Source: Patescibacteria group bacterium (GTDB lineage Bacteria; Patescibacteriota; Microgenomatia; UBA12405). From it: a stretch of 64,000 nucleotides of DNA. Under the pieces are notes generated by a model. The model saw only the letters and a list, made by a program, of their open reading frames with translations, was not told the origin of the DNA and searched no databases. Each line of letters starts with the position of its first letter. Within the stretch, counting starts at the first letter, position 1. Location of the stretch: NCBI GenBank assembly GCA_050943115.1, contig JBMNON010000001.1:50023-114022 (forward strand). Reading direction: 5' to 3'. The translations under genes and the position numbers were made by a program. Below are positions 17,967-26,144 of the stretch, piece after piece.

Positions 17967-18290
17967 TATAGGTCATACAATCAAACAATTGATTGTTAGT
18001 ACTTTTTAAAAATAAAAGTAGTTGTCATAGGAGAGACGGGAGGTTGGGTGGCTCCTCTTAAACCCCCTGCTCCCCTTCTCCTTTGGCAATTCACTTGCCA
18101 AAAGTATGGACAAGACCTTTCCGGCACAGCGCTGGAAATCAGCTTTCCATACGGTTCTTTAACAACCTAGTTTCTTTACCCGCAAAACAACACCATATTG
18201 GGCATCTTCAAGGTGCCCGGCATGGTGTTGTTTTTAACATGTGGTTATCGGGCTCGTATCAAACAAACAGTTCGAAAAGGAGAAGCTGTC

Positions 18291-18848
18291 ATGAGAACGT
18301 TCTACTTTCTGCTTGCCGTCGCCTTGGTGTTTATGCCTGTTGGCTGTGGCGCCATCTATGCTGCGGTCGGGGGACGCAGTCTGATCGTCGGTCAACCGGA
18401 GGGATACATCCCACCGGCCGCTGACAGTCCCGCTGCTGATCCGACCCCAGTGCCGCCCACTGCCACCGCCCCCGTGACTCAGACTCTCCAGCGAAACGCG
18501 GAAGGCTACGTCGGTCCCACGACCGCCGAAGTCTCCGCCCTGGTTGGGGTGGATCTGGTTCGAGTGGGGACGGAGCCTTCCGCCTGGACATGGCGAGGGA
18601 AGCCTTCAACGGCAACCATCACCTGTCCGGAGGGCTTCTCATGCACGCTCGACGCCGTCGACGACATCACCGTCGTCGTCGGTGGAGTCAACCAGGAGGT
18701 TCTTGTTTACGCAGGGACCTTCAGATGGCTCGAGGCATACCCGCAAGGGATATGCGGCATCTTCGACTCGGAGCAGGAGTTTGCACTGAAAGAGGGCTAC
18801 CAAGTCCGCTATCAGGAAGCTTCTGGCTACGAGGCAGTCTGCCCATAA
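18291..18848 (+). CDS. GC-rich cassette A: secreted protein with Pro/Ala/Thr-rich linker (PPAADSPAADPTPVPPTATAPVTQT) and C-terminal globular domain
   Basis: ATG at 18291 sits 8 nt after AAAGGAGAAG. The signal peptide is MRTFYFLLAVALVFMPVGCG. The region is about 60% GC against about 40% background. Confidence 0.55.
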   Translation: MRTFYFLLAVALVFMPVGCGAIYAAVGGRSLIVGQPEGYIPPAADSPAADPTPVPPTATAPVTQTLQRNAEGYVGPTTAEVSALVGVDLVRVGTEPSAWTWRGKPSTATITCPEGFSCTLDAVDDITVVVGGVNQEVLVYAGTFRWLEAYPQGICGIFDSEQEFALKEGYQVRYQEASGYEAVCP

Positions 18849-18876
18849 CCACACCCACCCCAACAACACCCCCCGT

Positions 18877-18913
18877 GGGAGAGACCTGACATCGTCGTCA
18901 GATAATCTCTCCC
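18877..18913 (+). terminator. nested stem-loop downstream of cassette A gene (terminator-like, weak U tract)
   Basis: GGGAGAGA...TCTCTCCC with inner CTGAC/GTCAG; followed by tcggggtggggtggaatttt. Confidence 0.4.
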
Positions 18914-18946
18914 TCGGGGTGGGGTGGAATTTTGGGTAAGAAACTA

Positions 18947-19005
18947 GGTATGCGTCCTCTGATGAGTATCAGAGCTGATGAGTCCAAAAGGACGAAACGC
19001 AGACC
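18947..19005 (+). ncRNA. hammerhead ribozyme, type III topology
   Basis: GGUAUGCGUC^CUCUGA-UGAGUA-UCAGAG-CUGAUGA-GUCC-AAAA-GGAC-GAAA-CGCAGACC. It carries the GUC cleavage triplet (cut after C18956), closed stem I hairpin, CUGAUGA, 4-bp stem II with AAAA loop, GAAA, and open stem III (GCGU/ACGC plus extension). Confidence 0.75.
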
Positions 19006-19044
19006 ATTAAAACTTAAGCCCGATTATTCGGGCTTTCTTTGTAA

Positions 19045-19833
19045 ATGACTACAATTGACCTAATCATCCCCGTCTTCAACGAAGAAAAGCGTCTTCAAAA
19101 AACCTTTGAGGCTCTAAATTCTTTTGCCCCTCAAAAAGGCTTGAAAGTCCAAAAAGTCATTTTTATTAATGACGGTTCTGCCGACTCTACTCTAAAACTT
19201 ATCAAAACCACCAAAATTAAATTCAAAAAACATGTTATTTCCTATTCTCAAAACCAAGGTAAAGGTTATGCTGTTAAACAGGGCTTACTTGCTGCCCGAT
19301 CTGACTACGCCCTCTTTTTTGATGCCGATATGTCTACTCCTCTTACTGAAATTAAGAAATTCCTGCCTTATACCAAAAAAGGATGCCCAATCATAATTGG
19401 TACCCGCAAAAACGGCCACTCCACTGTTATTGTTCATCAACCCTTTGTCAGGGAACATTTGGGCCGTATTTTCACTAGACTCTCCCAAATAATCCTGGGC
19501 ACTTCAGTAACCGATTTTACTTGTGGCTTTAAAGCTTTTTCCAAAGAAGCCTACTCCGTAATCGCCCCCCTAATGCAAATAAACCGTTGGGGTTACGACA
19601 GCGAAATCATTTTTATTGCCCAAAAACACCAGCTTCCTATTCAGGAAAAATCAGTTACCTGGTCTGACGAGCCCAACACCAAGGTCAAATTACTAAAAGA
19701 CGGTTTCCGTTCTCTTAACGAACTTTTTCAAATTCGTTTAAACTATTTGAAAGGTAACTATGACCAAACAAACACAAAAAAAACTTGTCACTTCCCCTAT
19801 AACCGCACTCTTCCTACTGAAACTACATCTTAA
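19045..19833 (+). CDS. GT2 polyprenyl-phosphate sugar synthase-like glycosyltransferase (DPM1/GtrB/Ppm1-like)
   Basis: DLIIPVFNEEKRL, VIFINDGSADST, QGKGYAVKQG, FFDADMSTP (DxD) are the GT2 motifs in the expected order. Confidence 0.7.
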   Translation: MTTIDLIIPVFNEEKRLQKTFEALNSFAPQKGLKVQKVIFINDGSADSTLKLIKTTKIKFKKHVISYSQNQGKGYAVKQGLLAARSDYALFFDADMSTPLTEIKKFLPYTKKGCPIIIGTRKNGHSTVIVHQPFVREHLGRIFTRLSQIILGTSVTDFTCGFKAFSKEAYSVIAPLMQINRWGYDSEIIFIAQKHQLPIQEKSVTWSDEPNTKVKLLKDGFRSLNELFQIRLNYLKGNYDQTNTKKTCHFPYNRTLPTETTS

Positions 19834-19934
19834 TCCTAAACACTCAACTTGCCGCTCTTCTGTTACACTTTTATAAATAGTGTCTGTTTTAAAGCTAAAA
19901 TTACAGAACCACTTCCGCCTGCTTATCATTAATT

Positions 19935-21161
19935 ATGGACCATAAATTCGATCTTATTGTTATCAGCAGCTATCCCCCTAAAGGCCAAATCCATGGCAAA
20001 GGTACTGTAGGCGTAGCTATGTGCGCCAAAAACACTCTTCTGTCTATGTCCCGGGGTAAAAATCCTCCCAAAATCCTTGTTCTGGCTGAAAAGTTAATAA
20101 ATTCTCCCCAAAAATACCGCGAAGACAATGTCACTGTCAAAAGATGCTGGCAGAGAAACAGTCTGTCAATTTACTACCATCTTCTCGAAAATCTGCTTCA
20201 AAACCCGACCAACAAAGTTATGATCGAGTTCGAGGTTGCCATGCTTGGCAATCCCCTAATCAACGTCTTCTTCCCATTATTTATCCTGATCCTAAGGCTT
20301 TTTGGTATAAAAATTACCGTTGTCATTCATCAGGTTGTCCTCAACTTTTCTGAAATAAGCGGGCACATCGGTCAAAAAAAGGACAGCCCCAAAAACAATC
20401 TTCTATCCCTTTTGGCCCACGTCTTTTACCGTCTTGTTGTCCTCTTTTCCAACCAAACCATAGTTTTTGAACAGTTTCTCAAAAACCGTCTGGGGATTAA
20501 CGATCCTAAAATTAAAATCGTTCCCCTTGGCGTTGAAAACTATAAATTCCAAAAACCCAAGAATAATAAAACTTTTACCATTACCGTTTTTGGCTTTCTG
20601 GCCTGGTACAAAGGCACCGATTGGATTGTAGAAAAAATCAGCCGCTACCTCGACCGCCATCCCAAAGCTAATCTTAATCTCATTATCGCCGGTGGTCCCA
20701 ATCCCAACCACATCGATAAACCCCACTACCAGCAATTTCTCTCTAAAATTAACCGTCTTTCAGGCAAACACCCCCAAAACATAACCATTACCGGTTTCGT
20801 CCCCGAAGATAAAATAAAGGAATATTACCTTTCCTCCGACCTGATTGTACTTCCTTATCGTGTCGGCATGTCCTCTTCCGGACCCCTGTCCCTGGCTTTT
20901 AGTTACCACACACCTTTTTTAATCTCCGAAAAAATTGCCTTATCTCTCGATACTTTTGATTTTAAACAATCCCTGGAACAATTCTCAATTTCCCCCCGCC
21001 AAGTTACATTTAAGCTGAACTCAAAGGATTTTCTTAATAAGCTAGAACTCCTTGGGAAAAATCCAAAACTTTTAAACCAAATATCACTTGTAAGCCGTGA
21101 TATGTCCCAAAAACGCGACTGGGCTGAAATCGGAAAAATGTACAAAGAAATTGTCCTATAG
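19935..21161 (+). CDS. glycosyltransferase, GT-B fold (GT4-like)
   Basis: C-terminal ITITGFVPEDKIKEYYLSSDLIVLPYRVGMSSSGPL resembles a GT4 C-domain; moderate support. Confidence 0.5.
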   Translation: MDHKFDLIVISSYPPKGQIHGKGTVGVAMCAKNTLLSMSRGKNPPKILVLAEKLINSPQKYREDNVTVKRCWQRNSLSIYYHLLENLLQNPTNKVMIEFEVAMLGNPLINVFFPLFILILRLFGIKITVVIHQVVLNFSEISGHIGQKKDSPKNNLLSLLAHVFYRLVVLFSNQTIVFEQFLKNRLGINDPKIKIVPLGVENYKFQKPKNNKTFTITVFGFLAWYKGTDWIVEKISRYLDRHPKANLNLIIAGGPNPNHIDKPHYQQFLSKINRLSGKHPQNITITGFVPEDKIKEYYLSSDLIVLPYRVGMSSSGPLSLAFSYHTPFLISEKIALSLDTFDFKQSLEQFSISPRQVTFKLNSKDFLNKLELLGKNPKLLNQISLVSRDMSQKRDWAEIGKMYKEIVL

Positions 21162-21269
21162 TTGTAAACTATACGCATTTATTATATAATTCCCCTGTTC
21201 ATAAGAATCTTTAAAAATATTGCATTTTTATAGGATTTTTATGATGCTCTTTGACAGACTGCTAGGATT

Positions 21270-21320
21270 TGTGACGCAATTATTTAAGCCTATATAATAG
21301 GCTTGGCTATTTGCGTCACA
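21270..21320 (+). promoter_or_regulatory. promoter TGTGAC-N17-TATAAT embedded in nested perfect palindromes (candidate operator) for cassette B
   Basis: Outer inverted repeat TGTGACGCAA (21270-79) / TTGCGTCACA (21311-20). The inner palindrome AAGCCTAT-ATA-ATAGGCTT (21286-21304) is centred on the TATAAT -10 box. Confidence 0.45.
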
Positions 21321-21362
21321 AAAGGTGATGCATATTGTGCATAGAACAAAGGAGAAACTCAG

Positions 21363-22013
21363 ATGAAGTGGCAAGTTCTTTTAGGTCTTTTCGTTCTGGT
21401 CGTGATGGTCAGCTTCCCGGCTCTTGCCGAAGAGACAAAGACCATCTCCGTCTCAGGAAACACTGCCTGTTTAGCCTTCGTCGCCAACTACGACGGAGCA
21501 GCAACAGTCCATGTGTTGTGGGGCATCCCGGGCACTCCTCGTGAAGATCTTGTCTTCACCGAGCGGACTGTCCTGGTTGTCCCCCCGGAAGGCGCAAATA
21601 CCTTCTGGTTTGGAGGAAGCGAGGAGTTTGTGGTGGCAACTGATCTAACTCCGCTGGGAGAAGATTGGTATGCTATACCTCAAGTCCTGCAACCGACACC
21701 AGAACCGACTCCGCAACCGACTCCTGCACCGACATTCGATGTTTTCCTCCCCCTTGTCTTCTCGCCCCCCAGCACCATTACCATCGAACGTGATGGTAAC
21801 AATCTGGTCTTACGGGCCTCTAGGCAACCAAGTACCGACCTCTATCTCCTCTGGGGAGTGGAAAACACACCTCGACATAACCTGGTTTTCATCAATCAGG
21901 TCGCTACCACACCGATTCCCCAAGGGGCACAAACCTTCTGGTTTGCCGCACCCAACTTCAGGGTAAATACCAACTTTCAGGACCTCGGTTCTGATTGGTA
22001 CCAAATCCCCTGA
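21363..22013 (+). CDS. GC-rich cassette B: secreted two-domain protein (internal duplication) joined by PTPEPTPQPTPAPT linker
   Basis: AAAGGAGAAACTCAG-ATG RBS; signal peptide MKWQVLLGLFVLVVMVSFPALA. Two homologous ~60-aa modules (VLWGIPGTPREDLVF...FWFGGSEEF...DWYAIP and LLWGVENTPRHNLVF...FWFAAPNF...DWYQIP). Confidence 0.6.
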   Translation: MKWQVLLGLFVLVVMVSFPALAEETKTISVSGNTACLAFVANYDGAATVHVLWGIPGTPREDLVFTERTVLVVPPEGANTFWFGGSEEFVVATDLTPLGEDWYAIPQVLQPTPEPTPQPTPAPTFDVFLPLVFSPPSTITIERDGNNLVLRASRQPSTDLYLLWGVENTPRHNLVFINQVATTPIPQGAQTFWFAAPNFRVNTNFQDLGSDWYQIP

Positions 22014-22025
22014 TTTCCATGCCAA

Positions 22026-22058
22026 GCAGGGCGGCTGCCTCCAGGCTCGCCGCCCTGC
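22026..22058 (+). terminator. GC-rich 10-bp perfect stem-loop after cassette B gene
   Basis: GCAGGGCGGC-tgcctccaggctc-GCCGCCCTGC; no clean U tract. Confidence 0.45.
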
Positions 22059-22133
22059 CTCGGCCTCTCCTCCCCCGCACCACCCACTAGCAGTCTGTTT
22101 ATAATAAAGTAAGGAATTTATTTATCCTGCCTC

Positions 22134-24827
22134 ATGAAACTAGTCAAAACCATCTGGCCTCAAATTTTTCTCACCCTTATCTTAGGATTGGTCTTCTATC
22201 AAAACTATACTCCCGGCACCTACCTTACCGGCTGGGACAACCTTCACCCCGAATTCAATTTACCTGCCAATATTAAACGTTCTATCTTTTCCACCTGGCA
22301 AGAATACCAGGGTCTGGGGCTTTTAGCCGGCATGGCCCACGCCGCCGATCTCCCCCGTCAGCTTTTCCTTCTCCTCATCTCACCTCTAGTCCCCATTGAT
22401 CTATTAAGATACGTTTATCATTTTCTCCTAATTGGCCTTGGCACTTTTGGCGTTTATTATCTTGGCCTTTTTGTCACCCAAAATAAATCAAAAATTCCCT
22501 CATTTATCGGCGCCCTTTTTTATCTCCTTAATTTCGGCTCCATCCAATATCTTTCCCTGCCTTTCGAACCCTATACCACCTTCTGGGGCTTCCTGCCCTG
22601 GCTGATTTTGTCTCTTTTCTGTCTTCTTAAATCAAACACTAAAAAGAACTTTTTAATTTTCATCTTGCTCAATTTCTTGGCAGTCCCCTCTTTTTATGTC
22701 CAAACAATTTTTTTGGTTTACCTTATTTCTGTTATATTAATCCTCTTTCTCCAACATCTTCCCACCAATACTACTAACCATATCAAATTATCTCTCCTCA
22801 TCGTTTTTAGCATTCTTGTAGTTAACTCCTTCTGGCTCCTGCCCAATATTTACTTTACCCTATCCAAAGTCTCCGTCACCCAAAACGCCATGATAAATCT
22901 CATGGTCACCGACCAGTTTATCGAACAAAATTACCACCGGGGAAAAATCACCGACTTTATCCCCCTCCGCTTCCTTTACTATGACATAAAAGATAACCAG
23001 CAAAACCCTCCCATTCCCCTTTTCAATACCTGGCACCAGCATTTTTCCTCACCCCTCATTGTCGCTATCTCCTATCTATTTTTCTCCCTTGTCCTACTGG
23101 GCGCCATCTTTTCCAAAAACCGATATAAAAGATATTTCACCACTCTCCTCCTTTTTACCCTAATGGGCCTTCTTTCAGCTACTTTCCCCTTCAATCTGCT
23201 CAATACCATTCTTCGTGCCACCCCCCTGCTTAGCCAGATTTTCCGTAATTCTTTTACCAAACTTATCGTTCCCTGCCTTGTCTCCCTGTCGATACTATTG
23301 ACTTTTAGTCTGGATTTCCTGCCTAAAATTGCCCAGAAGTTCTCCATCCTTCTGCTACCCCTTCTTTTTATATTTTCTCTTCCGGCATTTAAAGGCAACT
23401 ATATCCATCCCCAAATGCGAAACAGCATCCCCGTAGAGTATTTTGAACTTTTTTCCTTCCTCAAAAACGTATCTACCCATTCCCGCATTATGAACCTGCC
23501 CCAATACAGTTTTTGGGGCTGGACAACTTACAGATGGGGGCCAACCGGTTCCGGTTTTCTCTGGTATGGCATCGACCAGCCAATTATGGACCGAGCTTTT
23601 GATGTCTGGAGTTCTGAACTGGAAAACTACTATTGGCAACTTCACTACGCTCTCCTCACGGAAAACCAAAACCAATTTAACCAAATCCTTGAAAAATATA
23701 ACATTGGCTACGTCCTTTTCGATAAAAATGTCATTCTGCCGGACGCTGGCAGCTCCAGTCGGATTGTCAGGGATACCGAAAACCTCTTATACCATTCCCA
23801 GCTTCTGGAACCGCAAGAAAGCTTTGGTCAAATTACGCTCTTTAAAGTCAAAAATCCTCCCCAAATCATCAACAATGTTACGATTCTCGACAACCCCCAA
23901 AACATTAATAATCCCGAACAGTTCCAGCACCTAGACCAAGCCTATTCCGACTTTGGTCCCTATATTACCTCAGGCTCTAATACCCAAATCCTCTATCCTT
24001 TTGGATCCCTTTTTACCAACCGCCCCGAAAAACCCGGCTTTTTACTCTCTCATTCTGATAGTTCCCAAACCATCCTGCTTTCTTCCGAATATAGCTCCCA
24101 CTCTCAAACTATTTCCCCCTCTTGGGAAAGTTGCCAGGGAACCCAAAAACTCCTCAATGCCCAAAACGAAGAAAAAACCTCTTTCTTTAGCTGTCAGTCG
24201 GATCTCGTCACTAATACCGCCTACCTCATAAAAATCACCGCGAACAACACCTCAAATCGCCCTCTTCTCTTCAAGGTCTTTTCTTTACTTGACAATCGTC
24301 TTTATGCTGACAGTCGGATTACAGAAAACGGCCGTTCTGAAACTTTAATCGTCGTCCCTCCCGGCAATAAATTTGATCAGGGTATCGGAATTAATTTTTC
24401 CAGCAATTCTTATTCAAATAAAACATCAAACAATCTTATCGAAGATGTCTCCATTTCCCCCATGCCCTATCACAGTCTTATCAGTCTCAAAACTCCCGTT
24501 ACTGAAAACCATAGCCCTGCCTTGACTTCACCCTTTAATGTTAAGCAGCCGAATCAAACCTTTTACAAAATCAACTTGGGCAGTTTACCCCACAAACCCA
24601 CCCTGGCTCTCTTCCAGTCCTACCACCCCGGCTGGTTGGCCTTCTCTCTAAACCCTCTACCCCAAATCCTAAAGCAACATTATCATCTTAGTAACTGGGC
24701 TAATGGCTGGCATCTTGAAAACAACCTAAGTAATCAAACCGTTTACGTGATATTCCTACCCCAACTCCTTCAATATATTGCTTTTTTCTTTACACCTCCC
24801 TTGCTCCTTCTAATCCTAAGAAAATAA
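22134..24827 (+). CDS. large polytopic membrane protein, putative GT-C fold glycosyltransferase (YfhO/Pmt/ArnT-like)
   Basis: 897 aa with more than 10 predicted TM helices in the N-terminal half. The first extracytoplasmic loop has acidic residues (TGWDNLHPEFN). Large C-terminal soluble region. The family assignment is tentative. Confidence 0.45.
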   Translation: MKLVKTIWPQIFLTLILGLVFYQNYTPGTYLTGWDNLHPEFNLPANIKRSIFSTWQEYQGLGLLAGMAHAADLPRQLFLLLISPLVPIDLLRYVYHFLLIGLGTFGVYYLGLFVTQNKSKIPSFIGALFYLLNFGSIQYLSLPFEPYTTFWGFLPWLILSLFCLLKSNTKKNFLIFILLNFLAVPSFYVQTIFLVYLISVILILFLQHLPTNTTNHIKLSLLIVFSILVVNSFWLLPNIYFTLSKVSVTQNAMINLMVTDQFIEQNYHRGKITDFIPLRFLYYDIKDNQQNPPIPLFNTWHQHFSSPLIVAISYLFFSLVLLGAIFSKNRYKRYFTTLLLFTLMGLLSATFPFNLLNTILRATPLLSQIFRNSFTKLIVPCLVSLSILLTFSLDFLPKIAQKFSILLLPLLFIFSLPAFKGNYIHPQMRNSIPVEYFELFSFLKNVSTHSRIMNLPQYSFWGWTTYRWGPTGSGFLWYGIDQPIMDRAFDVWSSELENYYWQLHYALLTENQNQFNQILEKYNIGYVLFDKNVILPDAGSSSRIVRDTENLLYHSQLLEPQESFGQITLFKVKNPPQIINNVTILDNPQNINNPEQFQHLDQAYSDFGPYITSGSNTQILYPFGSLFTNRPEKPGFLLSHSDSSQTILLSSEYSSHSQTISPSWESCQGTQKLLNAQNEEKTSFFSCQSDLVTNTAYLIKITANNTSNRPLLFKVFSLLDNRLYADSRITENGRSETLIVVPPGNKFDQGIGINFSSNSYSNKTSNNLIEDVSISPMPYHSLISLKTPVTENHSPALTSPFNVKQPNQTFYKINLGSLPHKPTLALFQSYHPGWLAFSLNPLPQILKQHYHLSNWANGWHLENNLSNQTVYVIFLPQLLQYIAFFFTPPLLLLILRK

Positions 24828-24849
24828 TACCAAGATAATATCCTATAAC

Positions 24850-24878
24850 TTGATTTTATTGTCTTTTTGATGTATAAT
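24850..24878 (+). promoter_or_regulatory. sigma70-like promoter TTGATT-N17-TATAAT driving cassette C
   Basis: TTGATT 24850-55, 17-nt spacer, TATAAT 24873-78. Preceded by the same TATCCTATAACTTGA 15-mer seen upstream of cassette A. Confidence 0.45.
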
Positions 24879-25114
24879 TCCTACATACTAACAACCGTTA
24901 GTAGATCTTTAACAGTATTGGTATTCTTCACCAAATATTGCTTTTGGAGTATGAGTCCAATACAGTTCTTTTACATGACAGGTCAGGGTTTGGGAATTGG
25001 TCTTATAGTTGGGCCCTTAAGGCCGACAAGGTGTTTGTCGGTCCTAAGGGCTACAACTATCAACTGACCCTATCCCGGGCCCTAGGGTCACAAGTATCGC
25101 TCGAAAGGAGCAAC

Positions 25115-25777
25115 ATGGTCATCAGCTGGAGTAACATCATTCTGTTTCTTGCGGGGATCGGAATCATCTTCATCGCTTTTCTTGCTTTGGGCGGAGCCAT
25201 CTACTGGTGGTTCTTTAAGAAGCCCACGGAAGAGCAACCCGAAGAGGTCGAGCCTGCCCCCCGACGCCGAGAGGAACACGACGAACCCGTCGTCGAACGT
25301 ACGACTGTACGTCGTGAGACTACGGTTCGCCCCGCGCGTCCACGAGAAGCCGTCATCGAAGAAGAGGTGGAAACTCGTCCCGTCGTCCGTCGTCGTCCGG
25401 CCACCCCCCCCGTTGTCCGCCGTCGTGCTCCAGCCCCCCCCAAGGAGGTAACCTCCTTCAACGAGGCTACCGACAAACTGGTGGATTATGTCGATCGCTA
25501 CGACACGAAAGAGATCCAGCTCCAACGGGACATTCGTCCTGCCTGGTCGGCTTTTCGAAGCTCCCTCGACGCGGCCGTTTCTGTCGGTGACAATCCGAAG
25601 ATCAACGTCACGAAAGTGGCCAAAATCCTCATTGACGCCGAGCAGGACGCCGCCAAGCGAAGCATGCCGGGCTACGCTCGAGAGTTCAGGTCCTACCTGA
25701 AGCAGCTCAACGTGGAGATCACCGAAGAGTCTTCGGACAAATCGGATGTACCACCTCCTCCCGCTCTCTCCGACTGA
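25115..25777 (+). CDS. GC-rich cassette C: N-terminally anchored protein with Arg/Pro/Glu-rich linker and C-terminal domain
   Basis: AAAGGAGCAAC-ATG RBS; TM helix IILFLAGIGIIFIAFLALGGAIYWWFF. Linker PRRREEHDEPVVERTTVRRETTVRPARP...RRRPATPPVVRRRAPAPP; about 60% GC. Confidence 0.5.
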   Translation: MVISWSNIILFLAGIGIIFIAFLALGGAIYWWFFKKPTEEQPEEVEPAPRRREEHDEPVVERTTVRRETTVRPARPREAVIEEEVETRPVVRRRPATPPVVRRRAPAPPKEVTSFNEATDKLVDYVDRYDTKEIQLQRDIRPAWSAFRSSLDAAVSVGDNPKINVTKVAKILIDAEQDAAKRSMPGYAREFRSYLKQLNVEITEESSDKSDVPPPPALSD

Positions 25778-25917
25778 CCCTCAACCTGTCATAACCGCGC
25801 ACTGCGCAAAATTTGGACCCTTTGGGGACCATCTTTTGTAATGTGCGCGGCTTGACCTTTGTCCAAAAATTATTTTTTAGCCAGAGGCCAAGCCCTAAAT
25901 TTTATAATTCAACAAAA

Positions 25918-25942
25918 AGCAGTCTTGAAGGGACTGCTTTTT
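25918..25942 (+). terminator. rho-independent terminator after cassette C
   Basis: GCAGTC-ttgaaggg-GACTGC followed by TTTTTT. Confidence 0.7.
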
Positions 25943-26144
25943 TGTTAGTCTCAAAATAGTCCTATAATAATAGTTTATTATTCCCTAGTTTCAGGCAATT
26001 ATTTGGCAATAACGCCATCCCTAATTTCTTGAAACTTTATTGTTCTTTGACAACCGACCGTAACTGATACAGCCAGAAAAGCTGATAAAAATCTTCTCGA
26101 TTTTTCTGGCTGTTTCAGACTTTTTCACAAGAAGGGAGTCACTC

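Noticed and set aside
18083-18889. Multiple overlapping ORFs on both strands inside cassette A (18083..18424, 18331..18615, 18506..18691, 18544..18789, 18590..18889, 18639..18869)
   Set aside because: High GC suppresses stop codons in all frames. Only the 18291..18848 frame has an SD, a signal peptide and a coherent domain organisation.
18958-18965. Second CUGAUGAG at 18958 as an independent, second hammerhead
   Set aside because: It lies inside stem I of the ribozyme called at 18947..19005. It has no downstream GAAA with a stem II and stem III of its own.
21363-22013. DGR (diversity-generating retroelement) variable-protein hypothesis for the internally duplicated cassette B protein
   Set aside because: The two modules are similar only at protein level (about 40%), not as near-identical DNA repeats with A-specific differences. 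No reverse transcriptase gene is present in the window.
25088-25700. Antisense and alternative-frame ORFs within cassette C (25088..25525 -, 25149..25451 +, 25201..25476 -, 25488..25700 +)
   Set aside because: Same GC-driven artefact. They encode Arg/Pro/Gly low-complexity strings mirroring the real frame.
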